DNA from: an uncultured Rhodospirillaceae bacterium
Lineage (GTDB): Bacteria > Pseudomonadota > Alphaproteobacteria > MPNO01 > UBA830
Direction: 5' to 3'
NCBI GenBank assembly: GCA_963974055.1
Contig: CAXBCP010000001.1
Location: 191,471 to 255,470 of the forward strand
DNA: 64,000 nt
Shown here: piece by piece, positions 46,354-54,439 of the stretch
Layout: every line of letters starts with the position of its first letter
How positions within the stretch are numbered: position 1 is the first letter of the stretch
Position numbers and translations under genes: made by a program
Notes under the pieces: generated by a model
Told to the model about the DNA's origin: nothing
Database searches by the model: none
The model's input: the letters and a program-made list of their open reading frames with translations, nothing else

Positions 46354-48233
46354 CGGGACTCGTCGGATGGGCCGGCGCGGGTCGGTCGGGCGACCACGTT
46401 TACGAGCTTTCTTCCCCCGATATCGTCGCCCGGATGCTCGATGCCGGACATGCGCATGAAGGATCGGCACGGCAGTCGGAAGCGGTTGCCGCTGCCGGTA
46501 TCGGCGCGCAGGGCTGGTCGTCCGACGTTTCCGTGCACAGCGCCGGGGATATCCTTGCCGTCGTTTACGGCCGGGCGCGGTGGCGCGGCGAAAAATACAG
46601 GCAGCGTGCGGTCGCGCAGGGCGGCGCAGCGGCCCTTATCGAAGCCTGGCGCGACAAGGGAATATCGCTGTTCGATATTGTCGGCGGTCCGGCGTCTTTT
46701 GCGATCGTCGATTCCGCCCGGCATGAAGCGCTGGTCGCTATCGATCGTATCGGTGTCCAGCAGATGTCGTTTGCAACAACCCCTGCCGGGGCATTTGTCT
46801 TTGCATCCGATGCGCGGGCTGTCTGCAGTCATCCGGCGCTCAACCCGGATATTTCCCGTCAGGCATTGTTCAATTATCTCTATTTTTATATCAGCCCGGG
46901 ACCGGCAACGGTTTTCGAGGATATCGAAAAGCTCCAGCCCGGACAGTATGCCCATTTCCGCAACGGCGCGGTGTCGCGGTCGTTCTATTGGCAGCCCGCA
47001 TATACCGAATTCTCCGACCGCGATGACGGGGCCTGTGCCGAGCAGGTGCGCGACAGCCTGAGGGACGGTGTCGGGGCGGCGGTGGCCGCGGTTCCCGGTG
47101 CAGAGCCGGGCGCCTTTCTGAGCGGCGGGCTCGACAGCACGTCGGTTGCGGGTTATCTGGCCGGCCACCGGCCCGGGGCGAAGGGTTTCACGATCGCCTT
47201 CCCGGAAGAAAAATACAACGAACTGCCCTGGGCGGAGGCGGGTGCCCGGCGGTTCGGCATTGATCATGTCACACATGTGCTGACGCCGGCGGAAACGGTG
47301 GACGCGATTCCGGGAATCGTCGAGGCGCATGACGAACCCTATGGCAACTCGTCGTCCGTGCCGGCTTATATCTGTGCGCGGGTGGCGCGGGATAACGGGG
47401 TCGGGCTTCTGCTTGCCGGCGACGGCGGCGACGAAATATTCGCCGGAAACGAGCGCTACGTCGAGCAGCGCCGCTACGATGCATGGCGCCGTATCCCGTC
47501 ACCGTTCCGCAGGTTACTGCACGGACTGCTGCTCAACGGGGCCGGCCGCAATACGGGCGACGGCGTGCTGGCGCGGGCCACCGCCTATGCAAACCGGGCG
47601 GAGACACCGCTGCCCGACAGGCTGCAGGCTTACAACATCATCGCGACATCTGGATTGTCGCGTCTGTTCCATCCCGATTTCCTGGCGGCGATCGACCCCG
47701 GAGAGCCGCTGCGGATCGCGCGCGAGATCTATCACCGGCCCGACGGCGCTACGGAGCTGAAACGTATGCAGTTTCTCGATCTCCACATAACGCTTGCGGA
47801 TAACGATCTGAGGAAGGTCAACAGGGCGTGCGAGCTCGCCGGCGTCCGCGTCGCCTATCCGATGCTTGACGAAGACCTCGTTTCGTTTGCGGCGGCGATC
47901 CCGTCGGCAACGTTGTTGCCCCAGCGCCGGCTGCGCGGCTTCTACAAGGACACGATGGCAGGGTTTTTGCCGCCGGAAATTCTGAGCAAACAAAAGCACG
48001 GCTTCGGCATGCCGTTTTCCGAATGGACCCGCGCGCCGGGCGATCTTCGCGATATGGCCGAAGAGGGGCTTCGGGCTTTTGCGACCCGCGATATTCTTGC
48101 GGACGGGATTATCGACGAGATCCGGTCCGATCTGACCGGCGTCCGAGAAAGCCGGTTCGGCGGGCTGATCTGGGACGTCATGATGCTGGAATTGTGGCTG
48201 TCGCGTCATTCAGATATTGCGACACTACATTGA
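46350..48233 (+). CDS. asparagine synthase (AsnB) family protein lacking the N-terminal catalytic cysteine
   Basis: TTG start overlaps the decarboxylase stop (TTGA). The N-terminus is (M)TGLVGWAG; canonical AsnB begins MCGIAGW. The C-terminal synthetase domain is intact (FLSGGLDSTSV PP-loop, ELPWAE..., YKDTMAGFLPPEIL). The 855-aa ORF-track frame is the same reading frame read through the preceding gene. Confidence 0.7.
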   Translation: MTGLVGWAGAGRSGDHVYELSSPDIVARMLDAGHAHEGSARQSEAVAAAGIGAQGWSSDVSVHSAGDILAVVYGRARWRGEKYRQRAVAQGGAAALIEAWRDKGISLFDIVGGPASFAIVDSARHEALVAIDRIGVQQMSFATTPAGAFVFASDARAVCSHPALNPDISRQALFNYLYFYISPGPATVFEDIEKLQPGQYAHFRNGAVSRSFYWQPAYTEFSDRDDGACAEQVRDSLRDGVGAAVAAVPGAEPGAFLSGGLDSTSVAGYLAGHRPGAKGFTIAFPEEKYNELPWAEAGARRFGIDHVTHVLTPAETVDAIPGIVEAHDEPYGNSSSVPAYICARVARDNGVGLLLAGDGGDEIFAGNERYVEQRRYDAWRRIPSPFRRLLHGLLLNGAGRNTGDGVLARATAYANRAETPLPDRLQAYNIIATSGLSRLFHPDFLAAIDPGEPLRIAREIYHRPDGATELKRMQFLDLHITLADNDLRKVNRACELAGVRVAYPMLDEDLVSFAAAIPSATLLPQRRLRGFYKDTMAGFLPPEILSKQKHGFGMPFSEWTRAPGDLRDMAEEGLRAFATRDILADGIIDEIRSDLTGVRESRFGGLIWDVMMLELWLSRHSDIATLH

Positions 48234-48299
48234 TCGTTTGCTTTTTGGGGCTATTATGCAGCCCGACATTTGGTGAGTTACGTTTGGTCGCGACAAAAA

Positions 48300-48935
48300 A
48301 TGGTGGGCGAAATGTTGTGGAATAGGTTTGGCGGAGCGCTGATGGTGCTGTGCGTGGCGGCTCTGGCAGGCTGTTCCTCGCTTGAGGAACTTCCGACGGC
48401 AAAGCCCGTTTCCGAGACGGAAGAGCTCGAGACCGAATACCGGATCGGCTCCGACGATTCGCTTCAGATATTCGTCTGGCGGAACCCGGAACTGTCGAAC
48501 AGCGTTGCGGTGCGTCCCGACGGCAAGATAACTATTCCGTTGATCGAGGACCTGCCTGCGACCGGCAAGACGCCGACCGAGCTGGCCCGCGATATCGAGA
48601 AACAGCTCAGCGTTTATATTCAGGACCCCATCGTCACCGTCATTATGCGGGGATTTGTCGGTCTGCCGAAGGACAGGGTCCGGGTCGTCGGCGAAGCGGC
48701 GCAGCCCCAGGCGCTGCCATACCGGTCGACGATGACGTTGCTCGATATCATGATCTCCGTCGGCGGGCTTACCGATTTTGCCGATGGCAACCGCGCCACC
48801 ATATCGCGGCTGGTCGACGAGGACTTGAAGCAGTTCCGGGTGCGGATCGACGACCTGCTTCGCGCCGGCGACATGTCGGCGAATGTCCGGATCATGCCGG
48901 GCGACGTTATCGTTATCCCCGAAGCGTGGTTCTGA
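48300..48935 (+). CDS. polysaccharide export outer-membrane lipoprotein (Wza/EpsE-like, PEP-CTERM-locus type)
   Basis: Lipoprotein signal ...VLCVAALAGC. Poly_export motif YRIGSDDSLQIFVW...PDGKITIPLI. A SLBB domain follows. Start could be ATG 48300 or 48312. Confidence 0.8.
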   Translation: MVGEMLWNRFGGALMVLCVAALAGCSSLEELPTAKPVSETEELETEYRIGSDDSLQIFVWRNPELSNSVAVRPDGKITIPLIEDLPATGKTPTELARDIEKQLSVYIQDPIVTVIMRGFVGLPKDRVRVVGEAAQPQALPYRSTMTLLDIMISVGGLTDFADGNRATISRLVDEDLKQFRVRIDDLLRAGDMSANVRIMPGDVIVIPEAWF

Positions 48936-49428
48936 TCCGACAGGACGGTGCCGTTGGCTGCAAAAATGTTGCAGTTTGTTGCAGCGATATCCATCTCCCA
49001 TTCTGCGCGGCTTTCCGTTTGCATATATATTACATGATTGGAAATTGTGTCCTGACGGTGAAAGTTGCATAAGCTGTTGATAAACAACAATATTCTGGGG
49101 CTGTTGGCTACCGCCCCGGCGCGGCGTTCCGGCCGGCCGCGGGGGCGACCGTCTCTCTTCATGGTTAACGGCGGCCCGATCATGTTATTGAATTTGTAGA
49201 GAATTGTTGCTAGTTTACGAATTGTAGGGTGATAGTGGGTTAGATGTGGACAGCTATCTATCTAGGTGAACTGGGCGCTGGCTGAATATCGGCGGCGCTC
49301 GCGTATTTGAGTAGGCAATGTGGTGTGTAGAGTGTCTGGGATCCGCGTATTGCGAATGAATGGGCCACGGAAGCAAGGCGTCCGTCGGTCGGCAGTTGTC
49401 TTAAGCCGTAAGTGGGGGGGGCACGTAG
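48936..49428. promoter_or_regulatory. 493-bp AT-rich intergenic region upstream of epsF with direct repeats (candidate regulatory region)
   Basis: GTTGCAG occurs twice, 3 nt apart, at 48964-48980. A TTGCATATATATTACATGA element lies at 49017-49035. Direct repeats GAATTTGTAGAG and GAATTGTAGGG occur at 49190-49201 and 49219-49229. A G8 tract precedes the epsF ATG. Confidence 0.3.
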
Positions 49429-51051
49429 ATGAGTGAATTATACGTACAAATCCTCGCTTATCTTACGTCTATCTGGCGCAGGCGGTGGTATGCGCTCGCA
49501 ATTTCTTGGCTGGTCTGCGGTGCCGGCTGGACAATGGTTGCCGGCCTTCCCGACAAGTATGAATCCCAGGCCCGTGTTTATGTCGACATGGATACGATGC
49601 TTGGCCCGCTGATGAAGGGCATCGCGGTCCAGGTCAACATGTTCCAGCAGATCGACATCATGCAGCGTACGCTGCTGAGCCGCCCCAATCTTGAAAAGGT
49701 CATTCTGATGACCGACCTCGACCTCAAGATAAAATCGGAAGGCGAGAAAGAAGCGCTGATCGAGAAACTCGCGAATTCGATTTCGATTCGCCAGCAGGGT
49801 CGCAACCTGTTCCGGGTCGCCTATGACGACCGTGAGCCCGCGATCACAAAGCGCGTCGTTCAGGCGGTGTTGCAGATTTTCGTCGAGAGTAATCTGGGGT
49901 CCAGCCGAAAGGATATGGATTCCACGCGGCGTTTCCTGTCCGACCAGATCAAGGATTACGAACGCCAGCTCGAACTTGCGGAAAACAAACTCGCGACCTT
50001 CAAACGCAAAAATCTCGGCATGCTCCCCGGCGAGGGAAACTATTATTCGCACATGCAGGCCATGCGGGCGCAGCACAAGCGTACCGAAGCCCAGATTGCG
50101 GAGGCATCGACCGTTCGCGACGAACTGAAGCAGCAACTGACTTCTGTGCCGCAGTTTCTCGAACTCGCGGGCGGCATGCCCGATATCGCGCTTGCGTCCT
50201 CTGCGGGGGAAGGTCCCGAATCGGATACCCAGATCAGGATCTTCGAGTTGCAGAAGGTCGTCGACAATCTGTTGACGCGCTACACCGACAAACATCCCGA
50301 TGTGGCAACCACGATCAAGCGGCTTGAGGTTCTCAAGAAAGAGCTTGCCGACGAACGCAAGGCCGAATTCGGCCCGACCGATCAGGCGCCCGTCGAACAG
50401 GCGGCTGAAGCCGGCAAGAACGTGGTGCCCAATCCGGTCTACGAACAGGTCAAGATACAGCTCGTCCAGCAGGAGGCGGCGATTGCCGCGTTCAAGCGGC
50501 GCGCCGAAAAGGAAGGCGTCGACGTTAAAAAGTGGGAACAGCTGGCCGGCCGCGTGCCGCAGGTCGAGGCCGAGCTTTCCCGGCTCTCGCGCGATTACGA
50601 AATCGTCAAGAGAGGTTACGAGGAATTGCGCCAGCGGCAGGAATCTGCCCGGCTTGCTTCGGACATGGAAACAAAGGCGCAAAAGGTCCAGTTCCGCATT
50701 GTCGATCCGCCCAAGCTTCCGCTTAAGCCCAGCGGTCCCAACCGGCCTCTTTTCATGGCCGTGGTCCTTGTTGCCGGACTCGGCGCCGGACTGGCATTTG
50801 CCTTCCTGCTGGGACAGGTCAATTCGACCTTCCAGACGGTGCAGCGCCTGCGCCTGACCTTCGCTCTGCCGGTGCTGGGTTGTGTGACCGCAATTACGTC
50901 GGTCGGCGAACGCCGCCGCCGGCGTCGCGAGTTGCTCGGTTTCGGGCTGGTTGCGGCAAGCTTGATCGTTGCTTTCGGTGGGCTCCTCATGGTTGAAGTT
51001 ATGGGGGCAAATGGCTTGCTAGCGACCGTCAAGGGGCTTAGCATCGTCTAA
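49429..51051 (+). CDS. polysaccharide chain length determinant protein (Wzz/EpsF-like, PEP-CTERM locus subfamily)
   Basis: 540 aa. An N-terminal TM (WYALAISWLVCGAGWTMVAGL) is followed by a long coiled-coil periplasmic region and a C-terminal TM (LFMAVVLVAGLGAGLAFAFLLG). Confidence 0.8.
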   Translation: MSELYVQILAYLTSIWRRRWYALAISWLVCGAGWTMVAGLPDKYESQARVYVDMDTMLGPLMKGIAVQVNMFQQIDIMQRTLLSRPNLEKVILMTDLDLKIKSEGEKEALIEKLANSISIRQQGRNLFRVAYDDREPAITKRVVQAVLQIFVESNLGSSRKDMDSTRRFLSDQIKDYERQLELAENKLATFKRKNLGMLPGEGNYYSHMQAMRAQHKRTEAQIAEASTVRDELKQQLTSVPQFLELAGGMPDIALASSAGEGPESDTQIRIFELQKVVDNLLTRYTDKHPDVATTIKRLEVLKKELADERKAEFGPTDQAPVEQAAEAGKNVVPNPVYEQVKIQLVQQEAAIAAFKRRAEKEGVDVKKWEQLAGRVPQVEAELSRLSRDYEIVKRGYEELRQRQESARLASDMETKAQKVQFRIVDPPKLPLKPSGPNRPLFMAVVLVAGLGAGLAFAFLLGQVNSTFQTVQRLRLTFALPVLGCVTAITSVGERRRRRRELLGFGLVAASLIVAFGGLLMVEVMGANGLLATVKGLSIV

Positions 51052-51066
51052 CTTCGGGGTAGGCGA

Positions 51067-52905
51067 TTGACCGATAATGATTCACCGCGTCGCGGGGCGA
51101 CCGAGGGCGGAAATTCTTCTTCGCCCCCATCTTCGTCTGTTGAAAAAGCGGCCGAACGGATGACCCGTGATCCCGGGGCAGACCGGAAAACAGGCGTTGG
51201 GAACGACTCTCCTCCGCAACGGCAGAACCCGGCGAGCAGCATAGAGCGTTTTCTGGATACGGCTGACGGCGGCGTCGCCGACGAGGGGCCCTCCGGCCCG
51301 GCCCGGTTCCAGGATCCCGGCGCCGACTCGGATGTGCCCGCCCGGAACACCCACATTCCGCAGGACGAGCCCGGACCCGGTTTGGATGCCGATTCAGCAT
51401 GGCGTGGTCCTGCCGCCGCCCCGCCTCCGCCACAGGGGCTTCCGGAGCATGGACAGCCGCCGCAATATGCGCCGCCGCCCGGGGCGGGAGATTCGTCTTA
51501 TCCGCAACCCAATCCGGAATCGGTGGAGGGGCCGCCTCCCGGTGCCCGGCCTGACGAGACGCCGCCTGCCGCTCCCGATTACCCCGAACATGCTCCGGCG
51601 CAGTCACCGGTAACGGATCCCGCGGCCGCTGCCGCGGCAGCGATGACCCCCGCCGTAAAACGGAAAGGACTGCTCAGGCGTCGGAGGAAAGCGACGAAGC
51701 CCTGGCATCGCGATCATGCCGCCGACGCGGCTTCAGCGGATGAGGCCGTCGGCAGCGTCCCGCCCGGCGATCCGCGCGATGTGGCACGTTCCGGCAACCC
51801 TGCCGCTGCTGCCGCTCCGCGCCGTCGTGGGATATTCGGTCTGTTCTGGGCCATGATCCGTTTTCTTCTGATCGGTAAAAAGCGCTTAAATGCGCCCAGG
51901 CCGGCCACACCCCGCGGCACGCCGCGTCTTCCGAAATTGGGGCGGCTCCCGGGGTTGTCGCGGCTCAGGGGCATGGGTATTCCCGTTTTGGCTCTTGCGG
52001 GGCGGGTGCCCGGATTCGGAAAGTTAAGACGATCCGCGGCTTCCGCTGTTTCCGCGGTATCAGACAGCGCGTCCGGAAACCCGCGTCCCGCGCCCGTCGA
52101 AACGGCAATGCAGATCCGGCGAAACGCGGCCGGGTCGCATATTCATCGGCCGCTCGATATGAGCCGGCGCGTTGGCCGGTCGGTCGAAATCGACCTCGAA
52201 AAGATCCAGGCGGCCGGCATGGTCACGCCGTTCGGCGAACGCACGCATATCGCGGAGGAATTCCGCCTTATCAAGCGCCCGCTCCTGCTGAACGCCTTCG
52301 AAAAAGGACCCAACGCCATCCGCAACGGGAATGTCATCATGGTCGCGAGTTCGCGTTCCGGTGAAGGCAAGACGTTCATGGCGGTGAACCTCGCCATGAG
52401 CATTGCTTCTGAACGCGATCTGACGGTTCTGTTGATCGACGCCGACGTTGCGAAACCCGATATTCCGAACGTTCTCGGGTTCGAAGCCGATCTCGGCCTA
52501 GTCGATCTGATTGCCGATGACCGCATCGATATGTCCGATGTGATCATGCGAACCAATATCGAGAATCTCAGCGTGATGCCGGCCGGCCGGCCACATCACC
52601 TCGCGACGGAACTGCTGGCCAGCGAACGGATGGGCAATCTGGTATCGGAGCTTTCCCTCCGGTATCCCGAGCGTGTCGTCATTATGGATTCCCCGCCCGC
52701 ATTGCTCAGCAGCGTGGCGGGAGTTTTGGCGCTCAATGTCGGCCAGACGTTGTTCGTCGTCGAGGCCGAGCGGACCTCCCAAACGGCGGTCGATAGTGCG
52801 ATAGGTCTTGTTAGTGCTTGCAAAAACATCAACCTCTTGCTCAATAAGAGTCGCCCGCTTGGGGGCGGCGAACGTTTTGGGTCCTATCAGAACAGCTACT
52901 ATTGA
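51067..52905 (+). CDS. BY-kinase-type P-loop ATPase (EpsG-like tyrosine autokinase) with ~330-aa proline-rich insert
   Basis: TTG start with a GGGGTAGG SD. N-terminal SSVEKAAERM motif. A proline-rich low-complexity region spans roughly aa 40-370. The C-terminal kinase has Walker A SRSGEGKTF, A' VLLIDADV, Walker B VIMDSPP, and a terminal Tyr cluster YQNSYY. Confidence 0.7.
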   Translation: MTDNDSPRRGATEGGNSSSPPSSSVEKAAERMTRDPGADRKTGVGNDSPPQRQNPASSIERFLDTADGGVADEGPSGPARFQDPGADSDVPARNTHIPQDEPGPGLDADSAWRGPAAAPPPPQGLPEHGQPPQYAPPPGAGDSSYPQPNPESVEGPPPGARPDETPPAAPDYPEHAPAQSPVTDPAAAAAAAMTPAVKRKGLLRRRRKATKPWHRDHAADAASADEAVGSVPPGDPRDVARSGNPAAAAAPRRRGIFGLFWAMIRFLLIGKKRLNAPRPATPRGTPRLPKLGRLPGLSRLRGMGIPVLALAGRVPGFGKLRRSAASAVSAVSDSASGNPRPAPVETAMQIRRNAAGSHIHRPLDMSRRVGRSVEIDLEKIQAAGMVTPFGERTHIAEEFRLIKRPLLLNAFEKGPNAIRNGNVIMVASSRSGEGKTFMAVNLAMSIASERDLTVLLIDADVAKPDIPNVLGFEADLGLVDLIADDRIDMSDVIMRTNIENLSVMPAGRPHHLATELLASERMGNLVSELSLRYPERVVIMDSPPALLSSVAGVLALNVGQTLFVVEAERTSQTAVDSAIGLVSACKNINLLLNKSRPLGGGERFGSYQNSYY

Positions 52906-52932
52906 CCCGTAGCGGTTCGGGCGGAGGGTCGG

Positions 52933-54429
52933 TTGGGCGACGACGGCAAGGGATATAACAGAATCGGCACGGTCGCCTGCAGCGCCGTTGCAGTCCCTGT
53001 GCTGTTCGCAGTTTCGCTGTTGCCGACGATTTTTGCGGCGGCGCCGGCCCATGCAGGCGATTGGTCCATATCCCCTGCAATCGGCACAACGGGCACCTTT
53101 TCCGATAACGCAAATGGCGCGACGGACAGGGAAGACCGGAATTCGGATCAGCTATTTACCGTTTCGCCGGCAATCAATGTCCGGGGCAGCGGCGGGCGGG
53201 TATCGCTGAACCTCGCCTATAGCCATAACCGCTTTTATTCCCGCCAGGATACGGCGCAGGGCTCGTCGACAAACAACCTCAGTGCAAACGGCCAGGCGGA
53301 AATTTGGGAGCGCTCTGCATTCGTGAACGTGACGTCGTCGATCACCCGCCAGGTTGTCGATCCGGCAGAGTCGGTGTCGACAACGGATACCGGGTCCGAC
53401 GCGAACAGGACGACGGTCCGGACGGTGTCGATCCAGCCGTTTTTCCTGCATCATTTCGGCAACTGGCTGGAGACGGAATCGCGGACGTCGTTCAATTTCA
53501 CGCAGAGCGAATCCGATGAGATCACGAATACCGAGTCTCTCGGCGAAACATTTACCGTCAATAGCGGAAACCGGTTCACGCTGTTCACGTTCGGCGGTTC
53601 GCTGAACCGCCAGAAAGAAATACGTGCAAACGGCGAACCGCGGTCGATTTCGACCACGCTGAATACGAATTACCGGTACCAGGTCAGCCGCAAGCTGTCG
53701 TTGATCAGTTCGGTCGGCTGGGAAACCATCGACGATCCCGCGCTCAGCGAGGAGCCCAACGGCATTATCTGGGAAGTCGGGTTCTCCGCGCAGCCCAGTT
53801 CGCGGTCGTCGCTGGAATTCACGGTCGGCGACCGATTCGAAACCACGACCTACGGGTTGAGCGCAAGCTATCGCCTTTCGGTCCGTTCCAACGTTTCCGC
53901 GTCCTATAACGAATCGATCACGACGTCCCAGGAACAACTGAACGAAGACCTCAGTTTTATCGGTACCGATGCCAATGGGCAGCAGATCGACCTGCGGACA
54001 TTGCAGCCATTCGACGCGTCGGCCAGCGAACTCGGTTTCCAGACGTCCCTTTTCCGCCAGAAGGTTCTGTCGGTCGATTTCAACACAACCCGGCGCCGCG
54101 GCAGCTATTCGGCGGGATTTAACTGGGAAAGGCGGACGACCGATTCCACGGGTGTCCTCGAAAGGGTGCTGGGGATGAACCTGTCGGCATCCCGGACGCT
54201 GTCTTCACGCCTGTCGACATCGGTTTCGACCGCGCTCCGTTTTATCGACCGCGGCACCCCGGACCAGCGTGAGGATATCACCCACAGTTTAACTGGTTCC
54301 TTGACTTACCGGTTGATGGAAAATACCAATGCTGCGTTAAGTTACGCACGCAGCCAGACAAGATCGACCGAAGGCAGCAATAACTTTCGGGACAATACGG
54401 TTACAATAAACCTTACCCGCAATTTTTGA
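52933..54429 (+). CDS. outer-membrane beta-barrel protein (PEP-CTERM-locus uncharacterised porin-like family)
   Basis: TTG start with a GGAGGG SD. Signal peptide ...PTIFAAAPAHA. Amphipathic alternating beta-strand pattern rich in S/T/N. C-terminal aromatic ...INLTRNF. Confidence 0.6.
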   Translation: MGDDGKGYNRIGTVACSAVAVPVLFAVSLLPTIFAAAPAHAGDWSISPAIGTTGTFSDNANGATDREDRNSDQLFTVSPAINVRGSGGRVSLNLAYSHNRFYSRQDTAQGSSTNNLSANGQAEIWERSAFVNVTSSITRQVVDPAESVSTTDTGSDANRTTVRTVSIQPFFLHHFGNWLETESRTSFNFTQSESDEITNTESLGETFTVNSGNRFTLFTFGGSLNRQKEIRANGEPRSISTTLNTNYRYQVSRKLSLISSVGWETIDDPALSEEPNGIIWEVGFSAQPSSRSSLEFTVGDRFETTTYGLSASYRLSVRSNVSASYNESITTSQEQLNEDLSFIGTDANGQQIDLRTLQPFDASASELGFQTSLFRQKVLSVDFNTTRRRGSYSAGFNWERRTTDSTGVLERVLGMNLSASRTLSSRLSTSVSTALRFIDRGTPDQREDITHSLTGSLTYRLMENTNAALSYARSQTRSTEGSNNFRDNTVTINLTRNF

Positions 54430-54439
54430 GCGCCAGTAC

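Noticed and set aside
43535-46470. Long minus-strand ORFs antisense to the acyl-CoA ligase and PLP decarboxylase
   Set aside because: The sense frames carry textbook AMP-binding and decarboxylase motifs. The antisense frames are GC-driven artefacts.
45666-48233. 855-aa plus-strand ORF presented as one gene
   Set aside because: Its first ~228 codons are an alternative frame read through the decarboxylase gene. The real gene begins at the TTG overlapping the decarboxylase stop (46350) and encodes a ~627-aa AsnB-family protein.
48951-48980. Possible sigma-54 promoter (TGGCTGCAAAAATGTTGCA) upstream of epsF
   Set aside because: Spacing between the GG and GC dinucleotides is 13-14 nt instead of the required 10. 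Retained only as part of the broader regulatory-region finding.
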